A DNA stretch of 64,000 nt from Bacteroidota bacterium (GTDB taxonomy: Bacteria > Bacteroidota > Bacteroidia > NS11-12g > UBA9320): positions 5,614-69,613 of the forward strand of contig NVWV01000004.1 in the NCBI GenBank assembly GCA_002746305.1. The letters run 5' to 3'. Both the position numbers and the translations under genes were made by a program. How positions within the stretch are numbered: the first letter of the stretch is position 1; each line of letters starts with the position of its first letter. The notes under the pieces were generated by a model. That model worked only from the letters and a program-made list of their open reading frames with translations, was not told the origin of the DNA and searched no databases. Shown here one piece after another: positions 45,440-57,345 of the stretch.

Positions 45440-45922
45440 TTATTTTAACTTGACTGGAACCCAAACCTCTTCTTCTGAACTGAGGTCATTATTTTTGTAT
45501 TTAGGCCCCATTACCTGAAACATGACACGTGTGTCCGCTTGGTATTTTGAATTAGGTAGCCATTCAGTGTAAATATGCTGCATCAAGTGTTGTAGCTCTT
45601 TCTGTTGCCCTTTCAATAGAAAAACAACATAGGTGCTAGGCTCTAGAATTATGTCCTCCATACCGTCAGGAATAACCTCTAAATCAGAAACTTCTACAGC
45701 AGCCCATGCAGTAAACAAAGTCTGTGCTTGGATATTTTCGTATGCAACTGAAGAATCATAGTCTTGCATTGCAAAAAGGTCAGAGCTAATTGCATTTGTA
45801 ATCTCTTTTCTTCGTGGCATAAATGAACTCCACAACTTGAAAATTTGATTATTGGCCATCGTCATTGGGAGGTTCATCCCAATAAAATAACGAGTAGGTA
45901 TATTTTCAATACGTAAATACAA
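45440..45922 (-). CDS. GyrI-like small-molecule-binding domain protein
   Basis: LWSSFMPR, WAAVEV, IPDGM, YVVF..KG, IYTEWLPNS.Y, EEEVWVPV. Confidence 0.85.
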   Translation of the reverse strand: MYLRIENIPTRYFIGMNLPMTMANNQIFKLWSSFMPRRKEITNAISSDLFAMQDYDSSVAYENIQAQTLFTAWAAVEVSDLEVIPDGMEDIILEPSTYVVFLLKGQQKELQHLMQHIYTEWLPNSKYQADTRVMFQVMGPKYKNNDLSSEEEVWVPVKLK

Positions 45923-45925
45923 GAT

Positions 45926-46513
45926 TTATTGTTTTTGGATGATCAGAATAGTGTCCTTGGGAACATTTTTTATAAAGTGCTCTTTAAGAGTAACGGCTAA
46001 TTTAATAGTGGAATCGGAGTTTTCAATTGTTACAGATCCTGGAATTATTTCATTCTCCAAACGCAAAATAGGATATTTTTTTTCGAAGATGAGTAGCTTT
46101 CCTTCTACGAGGGTGTAAATGCCTTTAGGAGACATTGGGCGGGAAAGTTCTCTCAATTCAAAAGTTTCATTTTTAGCAATGGGTTTGTTTATCTCAAATG
46201 GGATGTAAAATGTCATACCAATCAATAATCCCCCAAAACCTCCAACGAAAATGGATATGGTAAAAAATATTGGAAGGATAATATAGATTCTAAAGTACTT
46301 AGGGACAGAAGTCTTCTTGGTGAAACTCATTACCATGATTATTATTCCAGATACAAAAGTACCTGTCGCAATAACCAATCTGATAGTTTGTATTAATTCA
46401 ATTGATGTAGTCCAGATTAGAAGCAAGTTGGCAATAAATAAGAACAGTAGAATGAAATGAAGTCGAATGAATATTCTAAGTGAATTCTTCATTGGTTCTA
46501 CTAAATTTCTCAT
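45926..46513 (-). CDS. Hypothetical membrane protein
   Basis: 3-4 N-terminal TM helices plus a soluble C-terminus; tightly packed between rlmF and the GyrI-like gene. Confidence 0.55.
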   Translation of the reverse strand: MRNLVEPMKNSLRIFIRLHFILLFLFIANLLLIWTTSIELIQTIRLVIATGTFVSGIIIMVMSFTKKTSVPKYFRIYIILPIFFTISIFVGGFGGLLIGMTFYIPFEINKPIAKNETFELRELSRPMSPKGIYTLVEGKLLIFEKKYPILRLENEIIPGSVTIENSDSTIKLAVTLKEHFIKNVPKDTILIIQKQ

Positions 46514-46530
46514 GCCTATTGTCTGAAGTT

Positions 46531-47505
46531 TTACTTATCCGTTTCTTGAGACTCTCTTCTCCATTGTTTTCTTCTTCCTCTGGAATGAAAGGACCATGCA
46601 ACGATTCGACTGCTCTTATTGCCTTGTCCCATAGGAATAGTCTCAACATCATAAGCTTCTACCTTCTTTAAAGCTAAATATATGTCTTGTAAGTTCCCAT
46701 GCTTGCTCACCAAAGTACTAAACCAGAGTACTTGCTCTTTAAACTCTACACTCTCTTTCACCATGTCCTTTATAAATCGAAGCTCACCTCCCTTGCACCA
46801 CAGTTCATTGTGCTGCCCACCAAAACTCGTATTTGGTTTCTCAGGCTTTTTGCCTCTTAGATTTTTAAGCTTACGTAGATTACTGGATATGGCTTCGGCC
46901 TCTGAAGCGTGAAAAGGAGGATTACAAACAGTCAAATCAAAATATTCGTCCTTTTGAATAATGCCTCGAAATAGATTTTTAGCATCTTCCTGATGACGGA
47001 TATCCACATCGAGTTGGTTTGCATGTGAAATGGCTTGTGCAGTTTTAATGGAAATAGGGTCTATATCACTAGCTACGAACTTCCAATTGTACTCACAGAC
47101 ACCAATGATAGGGTAAATGCAGTTTGCTCCCGTACCAATGTCTAAACAATGAGTGTTTTGACCTCGAGGTATACGCCTGTTATCATCGTTAGCAAGTAAG
47201 TCTGCTATATAGTGTATGTAATCAGCTCTTCCTGGAATTGGGGGGCATAGATAACCTTCTGGAATATCCCAATGTTCAATGTCATAGTCGAATTTTAGCA
47301 GTGATTGATTGAGCAGTTTTACTGCTGTAGCATCAAAAAAGTTGATCGTTTCAATACCATATTTATTCAGAGCCACGTGATTCCCCAGTTCAGGAGTCTG
47401 TTCTATAAGTTTCTTAAAATTGTAACGGTGTTTGTGCTTGTTACGGCGGTGTAATTTGCTTTTTACAGCGGTAGGGCTAGGCGTTGGCTTCTGTTCTTGT
47501 GGCAT
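46531..47505 (-). CDS. rlmF: 23S rRNA (adenine1618-N6)-methyltransferase
   Basis: LH.RNKH..RY.F, LCPPIPGRADYIH, LDIGTGANCIYP, CNPPFH, GGE..F, MGQGNK.SR..AWSF. Start set at ATG 47505 because the TTG at 47517 lies inside a TATCTTTG promoter box. Confidence 0.93.
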   Translation of the reverse strand: MPQEQKPTPSPTAVKSKLHRRNKHKHRYNFKKLIEQTPELGNHVALNKYGIETINFFDATAVKLLNQSLLKFDYDIEHWDIPEGYLCPPIPGRADYIHYIADLLANDDNRRIPRGQNTHCLDIGTGANCIYPIIGVCEYNWKFVASDIDPISIKTAQAISHANQLDVDIRHQEDAKNLFRGIIQKDEYFDLTVCNPPFHASEAEAISSNLRKLKNLRGKKPEKPNTSFGGQHNELWCKGGELRFIKDMVKESVEFKEQVLWFSTLVSKHGNLQDIYLALKKVEAYDVETIPMGQGNKSSRIVAWSFHSRGRRKQWRRESQETDK

Positions 47506-47571
47506 TTGGTCCAGCAAAGATAGCAGGAAGCTCCAAGTATGTAATGCAGTATTTGTAATAGAAAACCTACT

Positions 47572-50232
47572 CTAAAAATCAAACCAGCTTCTACGTCGGT
47601 TGAGTTTGAGGTCTTGCAGGGTGCTTGACTTCACTTTAATGCCAAATTCAAACATTTGTCTCCCAATGGGGAACCATTTAAGTCTCATTTCCCAGCAGTG
47701 CAGGTTTCTGTGAAAGTCTAAGGAGGTGATGGTTACTTTCTTATTGGTAATATCGTAACCACTATTTACGCCTATTTTCCAGTTTTCACTTAGTTTAATA
47801 TCTCCAGCAAATGAAAAGCCTTGTGAAATAACTTTTTCAAGCAGGGCTGGAGTGTTAGCCTCGAAATTATAGTTAATTCTTAGGCTCCAAGGAAGATTAA
47901 AATCTACATAATCACCCAAGTGGTTGTTAATGTATTCCAATTCCTCATCATTCACATTTTCTGAAGTTTTTTTCTTTAATGCTTGTGGATTTAGGTCGGT
48001 AGAAATGGATATTCGACTTTTGGTAAAATATCCTAATTTATTCATTCTATTCAGTGCGAACTCATTCACCCTTCTGTGAGAATTTGTTCCTGTTAGTTCG
48101 TAAGCATACGGATCAAAAGTGGTATTAAATGTCATTCTAATCTTGTTAAGAATGGTTGTGTTGGCATTTATACTAATCTTACTTAGATGGAATGAATCTG
48201 CTAGGAAATTGTAACCACTTCTGATATTTAGACTTTCAATAATCTTGACTTTCTTTACTCCACCATTGGCGGTGTCTTTTGGTGCAGCCACCTTGATTTC
48301 AAGGTTGTTTCCTAGACCAAAATTTAGTGATCCTTGTGGTCCACTACTGGGTCTTCCCAAGAGTCCATTTTCATAGATAGAGTAGGATCTGGCAACTTTT
48401 CCAGAGTCTATGTAAGTACGGTAGCCATTCTTTTCGCCAGTGCTGAAGTCAGGATTCCATACAGCCGAGATGTTGGGTCTTACAACATGGCGTATAGCTC
48501 TTAATTTATGACCTTTTTTAAAGTTTTTGGTTCCATACAGAATAGTACTTATACCAATAGATGTTCTGTAAGAATATGCACGAGCAAAACCGTTTATATT
48601 GTTGTCTGTAAATACTGAAGTATCTGCCGAGTCCCATGACTTTTCAGTTGTCTTAAAATACCAGTATTCATTGAAACTAAAACCTGGAGATACTGTCACC
48701 CATTTAAGAGCTTTAAATGATGTACTAACCGGAATAGAATGGCTTACTCCATTTCTAAAATCGTCCCAAAGGTTTGGTGTTCCTGCAGGTGGTGATTTCC
48801 CAAATATTTCTCCAACCCCAGAAACTAAAACGGTGTCCACAGTCCTTATTTCATTTCTTAATGTACCTTGATACGAAACACCTAGGTTTCTCATAAAGCT
48901 CTGTAGTGTTTTACTCTTAGGAGATTTAAATTTCTTAAAAAGCATTTGTCTACTTACACTGGCAGTAAGCTGTGGCAAGGTCATCGTTAAACTTCCAGTG
49001 GTCAAGTTTTGATTCATATTCGAGACTAAACTTAGGTTAAGCTTGCGATTGAAAAGACCTTTACTATATGAAATACTAGAATTTGAGTTAGTACTAATGA
49101 TATCCTGATAGTTAGTAGTGTTGTTTTTTAAGAAGCTACTGGTCACAAAGTTGACGTTGGCAGAAAAATTACTGCCTGGTTTTGCTTTAGAATCTCTTCG
49201 GTATGACCACTTGAGTTTATAGTCATTGGATACTTTAAAAGAAGGAGCTTCTGGTTCTCCAAATTGGTTTCGATTAAAACTAAATTGAAGTTGCCCTCTG
49301 TATCTATACTTTCGGTAATACTTGGAACGGATAGTGGCACCCCAACTTCCTCTAAAGTAAATGTCTGTAGACAGTTGTACGTCAAAATAGTCATTCACAG
49401 GGATATAGTATCCCAGTCCTCTTAGATTAAAACCACGCTCTTGAGACTCCCCAAAAGTAGGAAAGAGAATCCCATGTTTTCTTTTGTCTGGAATAGGGAA
49501 AAAACCAAATGGAACAAAAAGTGGTGTATTAATACCAGCAATTACTAAGTTAGCAGGACCTGTTACGATCTGCTTCTTTGGGATTACCTTGATTTTATCT
49601 GCTTTTATATAAAAGTGTGGTTCAGGCAGATTGCACGTGGTAAATTTTGCATCTTTCACATAGATGTTTTCATGGCTGTCTCTCAATACTCGTCTTCCAT
49701 GAATATATCCATCCTTCTCCTTAGTAAGTACTCCATATGAGATTCCTTTTTTGCTCTCAAAATTGTACTTCATGGTGTCAGCTTCGTATATTTTTCCATT
49801 ATCCTCGAAAGCTGGTCTGCCAACATATTTTTTAGTGGTGTCGTTGATTATACCAGTAGCAAAAACATCCTTTTTATCAAAGTCAATGACAATGTATTCC
49901 GCATTTAGTTTTATTTCATCAAAGAAGATTTTAGCATTGCCATATAGGTATGCCTTCTTTTCCTGAAGATTCAAGATAATAGAGTCATCCGCCTCGTACT
50001 CCACGTTGTTATCGAGAGATGATTTATGATTTCTTATAGAAAATCCAATGCTGTCATTTCCTATACTATCTAGGGTGTAAGTGGAGTCGGATAAAATAGC
50101 AAGAGAAGAATCTTGAGATTGTGCTGACGCTAAAAAAGGTGTACAAAATAAGAAACAAATTACAAGGACTCGTTGAAACAAAAGTGACTGATAGTTAGTC
50201 ACTTGAAGATATGTTTGATTAGAATTGTTCAA
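47572..50232 (-). CDS. lptD: Putative LPS assembly protein LptD (Bacteroidota type)
   Basis: Y.A.DSI..LYG.A.I, FTTC..PHF, PFGFFP, RNLHCWEM..W.P, KSS.LQDLK; divergent from amidase-MlaD as is usual in this phylum. Confidence 0.85.
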   Translation of the reverse strand: MNNSNQTYLQVTNYQSLLFQRVLVICFLFCTPFLASAQSQDSSLAILSDSTYTLDSIGNDSIGFSIRNHKSSLDNNVEYEADDSIILNLQEKKAYLYGNAKIFFDEIKLNAEYIVIDFDKKDVFATGIINDTTKKYVGRPAFEDNGKIYEADTMKYNFESKKGISYGVLTKEKDGYIHGRRVLRDSHENIYVKDAKFTTCNLPEPHFYIKADKIKVIPKKQIVTGPANLVIAGINTPLFVPFGFFPIPDKRKHGILFPTFGESQERGFNLRGLGYYIPVNDYFDVQLSTDIYFRGSWGATIRSKYYRKYRYRGQLQFSFNRNQFGEPEAPSFKVSNDYKLKWSYRRDSKAKPGSNFSANVNFVTSSFLKNNTTNYQDIISTNSNSSISYSKGLFNRKLNLSLVSNMNQNLTTGSLTMTLPQLTASVSRQMLFKKFKSPKSKTLQSFMRNLGVSYQGTLRNEIRTVDTVLVSGVGEIFGKSPPAGTPNLWDDFRNGVSHSIPVSTSFKALKWVTVSPGFSFNEYWYFKTTEKSWDSADTSVFTDNNINGFARAYSYRTSIGISTILYGTKNFKKGHKLRAIRHVVRPNISAVWNPDFSTGEKNGYRTYIDSGKVARSYSIYENGLLGRPSSGPQGSLNFGLGNNLEIKVAAPKDTANGGVKKVKIIESLNIRSGYNFLADSFHLSKISINANTTILNKIRMTFNTTFDPYAYELTGTNSHRRVNEFALNRMNKLGYFTKSRISISTDLNPQALKKKTSENVNDEELEYINNHLGDYVDFNLPWSLRINYNFEANTPALLEKVISQGFSFAGDIKLSENWKIGVNSGYDITNKKVTITSLDFHRNLHCWEMRLKWFPIGRQMFEFGIKVKSSTLQDLKLNRRRSWFDF

Positions 50233-50268
50233 GTATTAGTAAACCTATTGGTATAACACAATACGCTG

Positions 50269-51093
50269 TTGCAAATGAACAACATATATCCTACAAAGAA
50301 CGTGTCCAAATTCACATTAATGTTATTTCTATTGGGGATTTCGATATTAGGTACGTCTCAACCTCTGAACCTACTTAAATCTTCGATTAAAGTGGTGGTA
50401 ATAGATGCCGGGCATGGAGGTAAGGACTCAGGATGTCATGGAGAAAAAGGAATTCAAGAGAAAGATATAGCTCTGGATATTGCACTCAGACTGGGTAAGA
50501 AAATAGAAGCAGAATTGCCAGATGTAAAAGTGATTTATACAAGAAAAGATGATCGTTTTGTAGAATTGTGGCAACGAGCAGCTATAGCCAATCGCAATAA
50601 AGCGGATCTTTTTATATCTGTACACTGTAATGCACATACCAATAAAGTATTGCATGGGGCAGAAACCTATGTCATGGGGCTTCATAAGAGCAATGGAAAC
50701 TTAGAGGTAAGTAGACGAGAAAACAAGTCGTTGAAACTAGAGGGTAATTATGAAGAGAGTGGCCATTATAGTGATTTTGATCCCAATTCTGCAGAAGCAC
50801 ACATTATACTTTCGTTGTATCAGAATTCGTTTTTGAATTATAGTATAGACTTAGCGAGTATTTTACAAGACAAAGTTAGAGATAAGGGGGAAGTATTGGA
50901 TCTGGGAGTGAATCAAGCGGGTTTTGTGGTTTTATGGAAGACGACTATGCCAAGTATACTTGTGGAGACAGGATATTTAACAAATATCAGGGATGAGGCA
51001 TATTTGATCTCAGAAAAAGGTAAAAATGAGTCTGCATCGAATATATTTGAAGCGGTAAAGGAATTTAAGCAAAAATTGGAAGCAAATAAATAA
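50269..51093 (+). CDS. N-acetylmuramoyl-L-alanine amidase (Amidase_3)
   Basis: VIDAGHGGKD, EK.IAL, FISVHCNA, GAETY, MPSILVETGY. Confidence 0.93.
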   Translation: MQMNNIYPTKNVSKFTLMLFLLGISILGTSQPLNLLKSSIKVVVIDAGHGGKDSGCHGEKGIQEKDIALDIALRLGKKIEAELPDVKVIYTRKDDRFVELWQRAAIANRNKADLFISVHCNAHTNKVLHGAETYVMGLHKSNGNLEVSRRENKSLKLEGNYEESGHYSDFDPNSAEAHIILSLYQNSFLNYSIDLASILQDKVRDKGEVLDLGVNQAGFVVLWKTTMPSILVETGYLTNIRDEAYLISEKGKNESASNIFEAVKEFKQKLEANK

Positions 51094-51107
51094 CAAAGCC
51101 TTGTATT

Positions 51108-52070
51108 ATGGCAATTTCAAAAGAGACTAAAGTGGGCATATTGGCAACATTTGCCATTACCATATTGATTATTGGTTACAACTTCATGCGAGGGGATAAC
51201 CTCTTTGCATCTACCAATGAGTATTTTGGTAAATACGATAAGATTGAAGGATTATTTTCTTCCAATCCTGTAATTATAAACGGGTATAAAGTAGGTAGTG
51301 TAAGTAGTGTTTCTATGGATAATTCTACCTTGGAATTAACCGTAGGTATTAAAATTCCTGATGATATTAAGATCCCGAAAAATTCAATAATGAAAATCGT
51401 CAATAATGATTTGATAGGTAGTAAGGCTATTGAAATTATTTTTGGTGATGATACCGCAAACTATGCTAGTGATGGAGCTTTTTTTGAAGCTCAACAGGAT
51501 CAAGGTTTTGCACAAGCAATGGGTGAAGTATTAACACCTCTAACAAAAAGTTTGAAACAGACGTTAGAAACCATTGATACTGCGGTGTCCAACGCAGATT
51601 TAGAAACAACTTTAAAAGATGCTTCTCTTGCGTTAAAATCATTCAAAGAAACTGCTGATAAACTGAATAAATTGTTGGATGGTAAGGATGCTCAGATTGA
51701 AAGTATTTTAGCCAATGTAGAATCAACTACAAAGGGCTTGTCGGGACTCACACCCAGAATTGACGGGATTCTTACGGAAATAGAATCAACTACAAAACAA
51801 TTGTCCAGTGTAGAATTTGATGCTCTAGCGATTCAAATTACGAGTTTGGCTACAGAACTGGAAAAGACTACCACTGCTCTTAATAGTAAGGATGGTACTT
51901 TAGGGATGTTGGTGAACGACAAAGAGATGTATAACAAAATTGATGCTACAATTATTAAATTGAAGTCACTGTTAGAGGACATCGAGAAGCATCCAAGAAG
52001 ATACACTGGTTTTACAGAACGTCAGCGTAAAAAAGGAGACAAGGAGAAGGCTGAGGCTGAAGGGAAGTAG
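51108..52070 (+). CDS. MlaD/MCE-family protein
   Basis: N-terminal TM (KETKVG), GL..S.PV.ING..VG.V, coiled coil, GTLG.L.ND..Y, P.RY. Confidence 0.85.
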   Translation: MAISKETKVGILATFAITILIIGYNFMRGDNLFASTNEYFGKYDKIEGLFSSNPVIINGYKVGSVSSVSMDNSTLELTVGIKIPDDIKIPKNSIMKIVNNDLIGSKAIEIIFGDDTANYASDGAFFEAQQDQGFAQAMGEVLTPLTKSLKQTLETIDTAVSNADLETTLKDASLALKSFKETADKLNKLLDGKDAQIESILANVESTTKGLSGLTPRIDGILTEIESTTKQLSSVEFDALAIQITSLATELEKTTTALNSKDGTLGMLVNDKEMYNKIDATIIKLKSLLEDIEKHPRRYTGFTERQRKKGDKEKAEAEGK

Positions 52071-52071
52071 A

Positions 52072-53082
52072 TTATAACTTTCCCAATTCCTTTACCAATC
52101 CAGGCCCAGAATACACAAATCCCGAGTAGATTTCAATGAGATCAGCTCCTGCATCTAGTTTAGATTGCCCACTAGCAGTATCTTCAATTCCTCCCACACC
52201 TATTATTGTCATGTTGGATTTGCTACGGATATATTTTACAAATGAGTTGGATACTTCTAATACCGGAGCTCCACTAATTCCCCCTGCACCAATTTCTTGA
52301 ACAATCTTTTTATTGCTATTTACCAGTAAGGTTCTATCTATACTCGTGTTCGTAGCTACAATTCCTTCAAAATCTATTTCACCTTGCAGTTCAATAATTT
52401 CATCCAGTTGAGTAAAAGCTAAATCTGGAGCTATTTTTAGATACAGTGGTTTCCATTTTTCCATTGTCTTTCGGATTTCTATCAAAGCCGAGATTATCTT
52501 CTTTAGTTCTTTCTTGTTCTGTAATTCTCTAAGATTTGGGGTGTTAGGAGAGCTTACATTCACAATAAAAAAATCGGCAAGGTGATATAATCCTAGATAA
52601 CATTTTGTATAGTCATCTACGGCATTCTCATTCGGGGTGTTTTTGTTTTTGCCGATGTTGATGCCGATTTGCATATCACAATCACGATGTTGTTTTCTAA
52701 ATTTTTCCAATCTTGATTTAAGAGATTTTAATCCTTCATTATTAAATCCCATTCGATTGATTAGAGCTCTATCTTTCTTTAATCTAAAGAGTCTAGGTTG
52801 AGGATTTCCACTTTGAGGTTTAGGTGTTACTGTTCCTACTTCGATGAAACCAAAGTTGAGTGTATGCAGTTCGTTTAAAAATTTTCCATCCTTGTCGAAC
52901 CCTGCTGCAAGACCTACCTTGTTTTTGTAAGTTAAGCCGTCTAGTGTTATAGGCTCGGACGTAAATTGGAACATACGTTTAACAAAACCAAATTTACGCA
53001 CGAATTTGAACAGTCTCATTGTGGTATAATGTGCCTTTTCCGCTGGCATCAAAAAGAAAATACTTCTCAGTAATTTGTACAT
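52072..53082 (-). CDS. pyrD: Quinone-dependent dihydroorotate dehydrogenase
   Basis: GLAAGFDKDG, EVGTVTP.PQ.GN..PRLFRL, NRMGFNN, NVSSPNTPNLR, KIAPD. Confidence 0.96.
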   Translation of the reverse strand: MYKLLRSIFFLMPAEKAHYTTMRLFKFVRKFGFVKRMFQFTSEPITLDGLTYKNKVGLAAGFDKDGKFLNELHTLNFGFIEVGTVTPKPQSGNPQPRLFRLKKDRALINRMGFNNEGLKSLKSRLEKFRKQHRDCDMQIGINIGKNKNTPNENAVDDYTKCYLGLYHLADFFIVNVSSPNTPNLRELQNKKELKKIISALIEIRKTMEKWKPLYLKIAPDLAFTQLDEIIELQGEIDFEGIVATNTSIDRTLLVNSNKKIVQEIGAGGISGAPVLEVSNSFVKYIRSKSNMTIIGVGGIEDTASGQSKLDAGADLIEIYSGFVYSGPGLVKELGKL

Positions 53083-53175
53083 TGGGGCAAATTTTATTTA
53101 GAACTGTTCAATATCAAAATAAAGTTAAGCCCCTTCTAAACACATTGTTAAATTTGCCCCTATTAATAGCAACGT

Positions 53176-53871
53176 ATGTCAAGTAAAAAATCAGGTTTAT
53201 CAAGCATAGGAAGAAAGGTGCTAATGGCACTTACAGGATTCTTCTTGATGTTCTTCTTACTTCAACACCTTACCATCAACTTGATGTCTGTGTTTAGTCC
53301 TGATTTGTTCAATGAGGTCTCTCATTTCTTTGGCACCAATTTTCTCATTCAATATATGCTTCAACCTGTATTGATTTTTTCAGTAGTATTTCATTTTGCT
53401 TGGGGGTTATATCTAGAGTATCAAAATACACAAGCACGTGAGGTTAAGTATGCGAAGTATAAAGGAAGTGCAAATGCTAGCTGGATGAGCCGAAATATGT
53501 TAATTTCAGGACTTGCCGTTCTTGCTTTTTTAGCACTGCATTTTTATGATTTTTGGATTCCAGAAATAAATACCAAATACTTTCATGGGGATATGAGTGG
53601 TATGCTTCACGATGGTGAAGGTATGAGATACCATATTGAGTTAGTAGAGAAATTTGCTCATCAACCCATGCGTGTTGCTTTATACGTAGGGGCATTTATT
53701 ATGCTCTCTCTTCACTTGTTGCATGGTTTTCAGTCGGCATTCCAGTCTGTTGGATTCAATAACACGAAGTATACTCCCATAATAAAGATGTTAGGTAATC
53801 TATTTGCAATCCTAGTGCCACTAGGTTTCTTATTTATAGCAATCTACCATTACAACGTTCATCCTCATTAA
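53176..53871 (+). CDS. sdhC: Succinate dehydrogenase cytochrome b subunit
   Basis: SSIGRK.LMALTG.FL..F..QH; heme His residues; first gene of the sdh operon. Confidence 0.92.
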   Translation: MSSKKSGLSSIGRKVLMALTGFFLMFFLLQHLTINLMSVFSPDLFNEVSHFFGTNFLIQYMLQPVLIFSVVFHFAWGLYLEYQNTQAREVKYAKYKGSANASWMSRNMLISGLAVLAFLALHFYDFWIPEINTKYFHGDMSGMLHDGEGMRYHIELVEKFAHQPMRVALYVGAFIMLSLHLLHGFQSAFQSVGFNNTKYTPIIKMLGNLFAILVPLGFLFIAIYHYNVHPH

Positions 53872-53894
53872 TTCACCAAATTAAAGAAATAGAT

Positions 53895-55910
53895 ATGTCA
53901 ACATTAGACGGAAAAGTACCAGCAGGAGCCATTAAAGACAAATGGACGACCTATAAGGATAAAGTAGATTTGGTAAATCCTGCGAACAAACGTAAAATAG
54001 ACGTTATCATAGTGGGAACTGGACTCGCAGGAGGTTCTGCAGCAGCAACACTTGCTGAGCAGGGCTATAATGTGAAGGCCTTTTGTTATCAGGATTCACC
54101 AAGAAGAGCTCACTCCATTGCAGCTCAAGGAGGTATCAATGCAGCCAAAAATTATCAAGGTGATGGTGATTCTACGTACAGACTGTTTTATGATACTGTA
54201 AAAGGTGGAGACTATAGAAGTAGAGAGGCAAACGTTCATAGACTAGCAGAAGTTTCTGGAAATATAATAGATCAATGTGTGGCACAAGGTGTTCCTTTTG
54301 CTAGAGATTATGGAGGGATGTTAGATAATCGCTCTTTTGGTGGAGTATTAGTCTCTAGAACGTTTTACGCTAAAGGACAAACGGGTCAGCAATTACTATT
54401 GGGTGCATATTCAGCAATGAATCGTCAGATAGCTCGTGGTAAGATTACCATGTACAATCGTCACGAGATGTTAGATGTTGTAATTGTAGATGGGAAAGCA
54501 AGGGGTATAATAACCCGTGATCTTGTTACAGGAGAGATAGAAAGACATTCAGCTCATGCGGTGGTATTAGGTACAGGAGGATATGGTAACGTATTTTTCC
54601 TAAGTACAAATGCGATGGGTAGTAATGCTACAGCAGCTTGGAAAGCACACAAACGTGGAGCATATTTCGCGAATCCATGTTATACACAGATTCACCCTAC
54701 TTGCATTCCTAGAAGTGGAGACTATCAGTCCAAACTTACATTAATGTCTGAGTCGTTGAGAAATGATGGTAGAATATGGGTTCCGGCTCGCACGGAAGAT
54801 GTAGATGCTATTAGAAAGGGAAGTCTTAAACCACTAGATATATCCGAAGAAAATAGAGATTACTATCTAGAAAGAAGGTATCCGGCATTTGGTAATCTTG
54901 TACCTCGTGATGTAGCGAGTAGAGCAGCTAAAGAAAGGTGTGATGCTGGATTTGGTGTGAATGCAACAGGAGAAGCAGTTTACCTTGATTTTGCATCAGC
55001 AATACAACGATATGGTAAAGAACAGGCCTTACTGAAAGGCGAATCCAATCCGAGTGATGCTAGAATTAAAGAATTGGGTAAGGATATTGTAAAAGCTAAG
55101 TACGGAAACTTGTTTGATATGTACAAGCAGATTGCAGATCAGAACCCATACGAAACACCAATGATGATATACCCTGCGGTACATTATACCATGGGCGGTA
55201 TTTGGGTAGATTATAACTTGATGACTACAATACCCGGTTGTTATGCGATAGGAGAGGCTAATTTTTCTGATCACGGGGCGAATAGACTTGGAGCATCTGC
55301 TCTAATGCAAGGTCTTGCTGATGGCTACTTTGTTTTACCATATACCATAGGAGCATATTTATCAAACGACATTAGAACAGGACCTATCTCAACGGATAGT
55401 CCAGAGTTTGAAGCTGCGGAAAAAGAGGTTACTAAGAATATGAACTTTTTCGTAAATAATAAAGGGACTCATTCTGTAGATTACTATCATAAGAAGCTTG
55501 GAAGCATTATGTGGGAGAAATGTGGCATGAGCAGAAACGAAAAAGGACTTAAAGAAGCTATCGAAGAAATAGCCGAATTAAGAGAAGATTTTTGGAAGAA
55601 TGTAAGTGTTCCTGGTGATGCTAATGAGCTTAATCAAGAACTTGAAAAAGCGGGTAGAGTAGCTGATTTCCTTGAACTAGGAGAGTTATTTGCCAAAGAT
55701 GCATTGAATAGAAACGAAAGTTGTGGAGGTCACTTTAGAGAAGAGTCTATAGAGCAAGATGGTCCACAAAAAGGAGAAGCACTTAGAGATGATGTCAACT
55801 TTAAGTATGTTTCGGCATGGGAATATACAGGTAAGCCAAGTGAAGCCGTATTGCACAAAGAAGAATTAGAGTTTAACGATATAGAGCTTAAAACACGTAG
55901 TTACAAATAA
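53895..55910 (+). CDS. sdhA: Succinate dehydrogenase/fumarate reductase flavoprotein
   Basis: [45 protein letters not shown]. Confidence 0.96.
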   Translation: MSTLDGKVPAGAIKDKWTTYKDKVDLVNPANKRKIDVIIVGTGLAGGSAAATLAEQGYNVKAFCYQDSPRRAHSIAAQGGINAAKNYQGDGDSTYRLFYDTVKGGDYRSREANVHRLAEVSGNIIDQCVAQGVPFARDYGGMLDNRSFGGVLVSRTFYAKGQTGQQLLLGAYSAMNRQIARGKITMYNRHEMLDVVIVDGKARGIITRDLVTGEIERHSAHAVVLGTGGYGNVFFLSTNAMGSNATAAWKAHKRGAYFANPCYTQIHPTCIPRSGDYQSKLTLMSESLRNDGRIWVPARTEDVDAIRKGSLKPLDISEENRDYYLERRYPAFGNLVPRDVASRAAKERCDAGFGVNATGEAVYLDFASAIQRYGKEQALLKGESNPSDARIKELGKDIVKAKYGNLFDMYKQIADQNPYETPMMIYPAVHYTMGGIWVDYNLMTTIPGCYAIGEANFSDHGANRLGASALMQGLADGYFVLPYTIGAYLSNDIRTGPISTDSPEFEAAEKEVTKNMNFFVNNKGTHSVDYYHKKLGSIMWEKCGMSRNEKGLKEAIEEIAELREDFWKNVSVPGDANELNQELEKAGRVADFLELGELFAKDALNRNESCGGHFREESIEQDGPQKGEALRDDVNFKYVSAWEYTGKPSEAVLHKEELEFNDIELKTRSYK

Positions 55911-55911
55911 T

Positions 55912-56667
55912 ATGAGCAACATGAATTTAACATTAAAGATTTGGAGACAAAAAAGTGCTAATGTCAAAGGCAAGATGGTTGACTACAAAGTAGCAGACAT
56001 CTCTGAGCATATGTCTTTCTTAGAAATGATGGATGTGCTCAATGAGCAGCTTGTCAATGGTGGGGAAGAACCAGTTTCTTTTGATCACGATTGCAGAGAA
56101 GGGATTTGTGGATCGTGTTCTATGTTTATTAATGGTGAAGCACATGGTCCTGTAAAGAACACCACCACATGTCAGCTTCATATGCGTAGTTTTAATGATG
56201 GAGATACCATATACATTGAACCTTTTAGAGCAAAAGCATTTCCTGTCATAAAAGACTTGGTAGTAGATAGAAGCTCCTTTGATAGAATTCAACATGCTGG
56301 AGGTTTTATATCCGTAAATACTTCGGGAAATACGCAAGATGCAAATGCTACTGCAATTCCGAAACATGATGCGGATTTATCCATGGATGCTGCGGCTTGC
56401 ATCGGTTGTGGTGCTTGTGTGGCAACGTGTAAAAATAGCAGTGCTATGTTGTTTACGGGAGCTAAAATATCTCAGTATGCTCTTTTACCTCAAGGAAAAG
56501 TAGAGGCTAAAGATAGAGCTCAAAATATGGTAGCTCAGATGGATGAGGAAGGTTTTGGAAACTGTACAAATACTGGAGCTTGCGAAGTAGAATGTCCCAA
56601 GGGAATATCATTAAGCAATATCGCTCGAATGAATAGAGAGTTATTGAGTGGAAGTATATTGGGCTAA
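55912..56667 (+). CDS. sdhB: Succinate dehydrogenase/fumarate reductase iron-sulfur subunit
   Basis: [34 protein letters not shown]. Confidence 0.96.
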   Translation: MSNMNLTLKIWRQKSANVKGKMVDYKVADISEHMSFLEMMDVLNEQLVNGGEEPVSFDHDCREGICGSCSMFINGEAHGPVKNTTTCQLHMRSFNDGDTIYIEPFRAKAFPVIKDLVVDRSSFDRIQHAGGFISVNTSGNTQDANATAIPKHDADLSMDAAACIGCGACVATCKNSSAMLFTGAKISQYALLPQGKVEAKDRAQNMVAQMDEEGFGNCTNTGACEVECPKGISLSNIARMNRELLSGSILG

Positions 56668-56714
56668 CAAAATCAAATCCTTTTGTGTTTGATTTTGTTT
56701 TTTGAATTTTAAAA

Positions 56715-57320
56715 ATGTTTAGCGGAATAATAGAGACAATTGCTACTCTTAAAAACATCGAAAGAGACGGCACCAACATTCACTTTACTTTTGAAAGTGA
56801 ATTTACACATGAACTTAAAATTGATCAAAGCGTAGCCCACAATGGGGTCTGTCTTACCGTAACAGAGATAAATGGAGATCTATATAAGGTTACTGCTATC
56901 GATGAGACTTTAAGACTAACAAACCTAGGTTCGTTTGAAGTTGGGAGTAAGGTGAATTTCGAGCGATGTATCAGAATGAATGATCGATTGGATGGTCATA
57001 TAGTGCAAGGGCATGTAGATGGTAAAGCCTCTGTACTTTCTGTTGCTGATAAAGACGGAAGTTGGGAATATGAATTTGAACTGGATAAGGACTTTACAGA
57101 TATCAATGGTCATGCCGCTGAGAAACTTATCATACACAAAGGGTCAATTACTGTGAATGGAACAAGCTTAACAGTTACACATATTAGAAACCGTACGTTC
57201 GGAGTTGCAATTATTCCATATACCTATAAACATACCAGCTTTCATACTTTAGCTGTAGGTCATCAAGTTAATATTGAGCTTGATGTTTTGGGAAAGTATG
57301 TGGCAAGGTTAACAAGTTAA
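56715..57320 (+). CDS. ribE: Riboflavin synthase (alpha chain)
   Basis: MFSGIIE, SVAHNGVCLTV, RLDGHIVQGHVD, KGSITVNG.SLTV, VNIE.D..GKY. Confidence 0.95.
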   Translation: MFSGIIETIATLKNIERDGTNIHFTFESEFTHELKIDQSVAHNGVCLTVTEINGDLYKVTAIDETLRLTNLGSFEVGSKVNFERCIRMNDRLDGHIVQGHVDGKASVLSVADKDGSWEYEFELDKDFTDINGHAAEKLIIHKGSITVNGTSLTVTHIRNRTFGVAIIPYTYKHTSFHTLAVGHQVNIELDVLGKYVARLTS

Positions 57321-57345
57321 GTTTTTCAACTGTCCTATTCATAAG

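Noticed and set aside
56666-56703. AT-rich inverted repeat after sdhB as a terminator
   Set aside because: The stem is almost all A/T with a 10-nt loop and ribE starts about 12 nt later; too weak to call.
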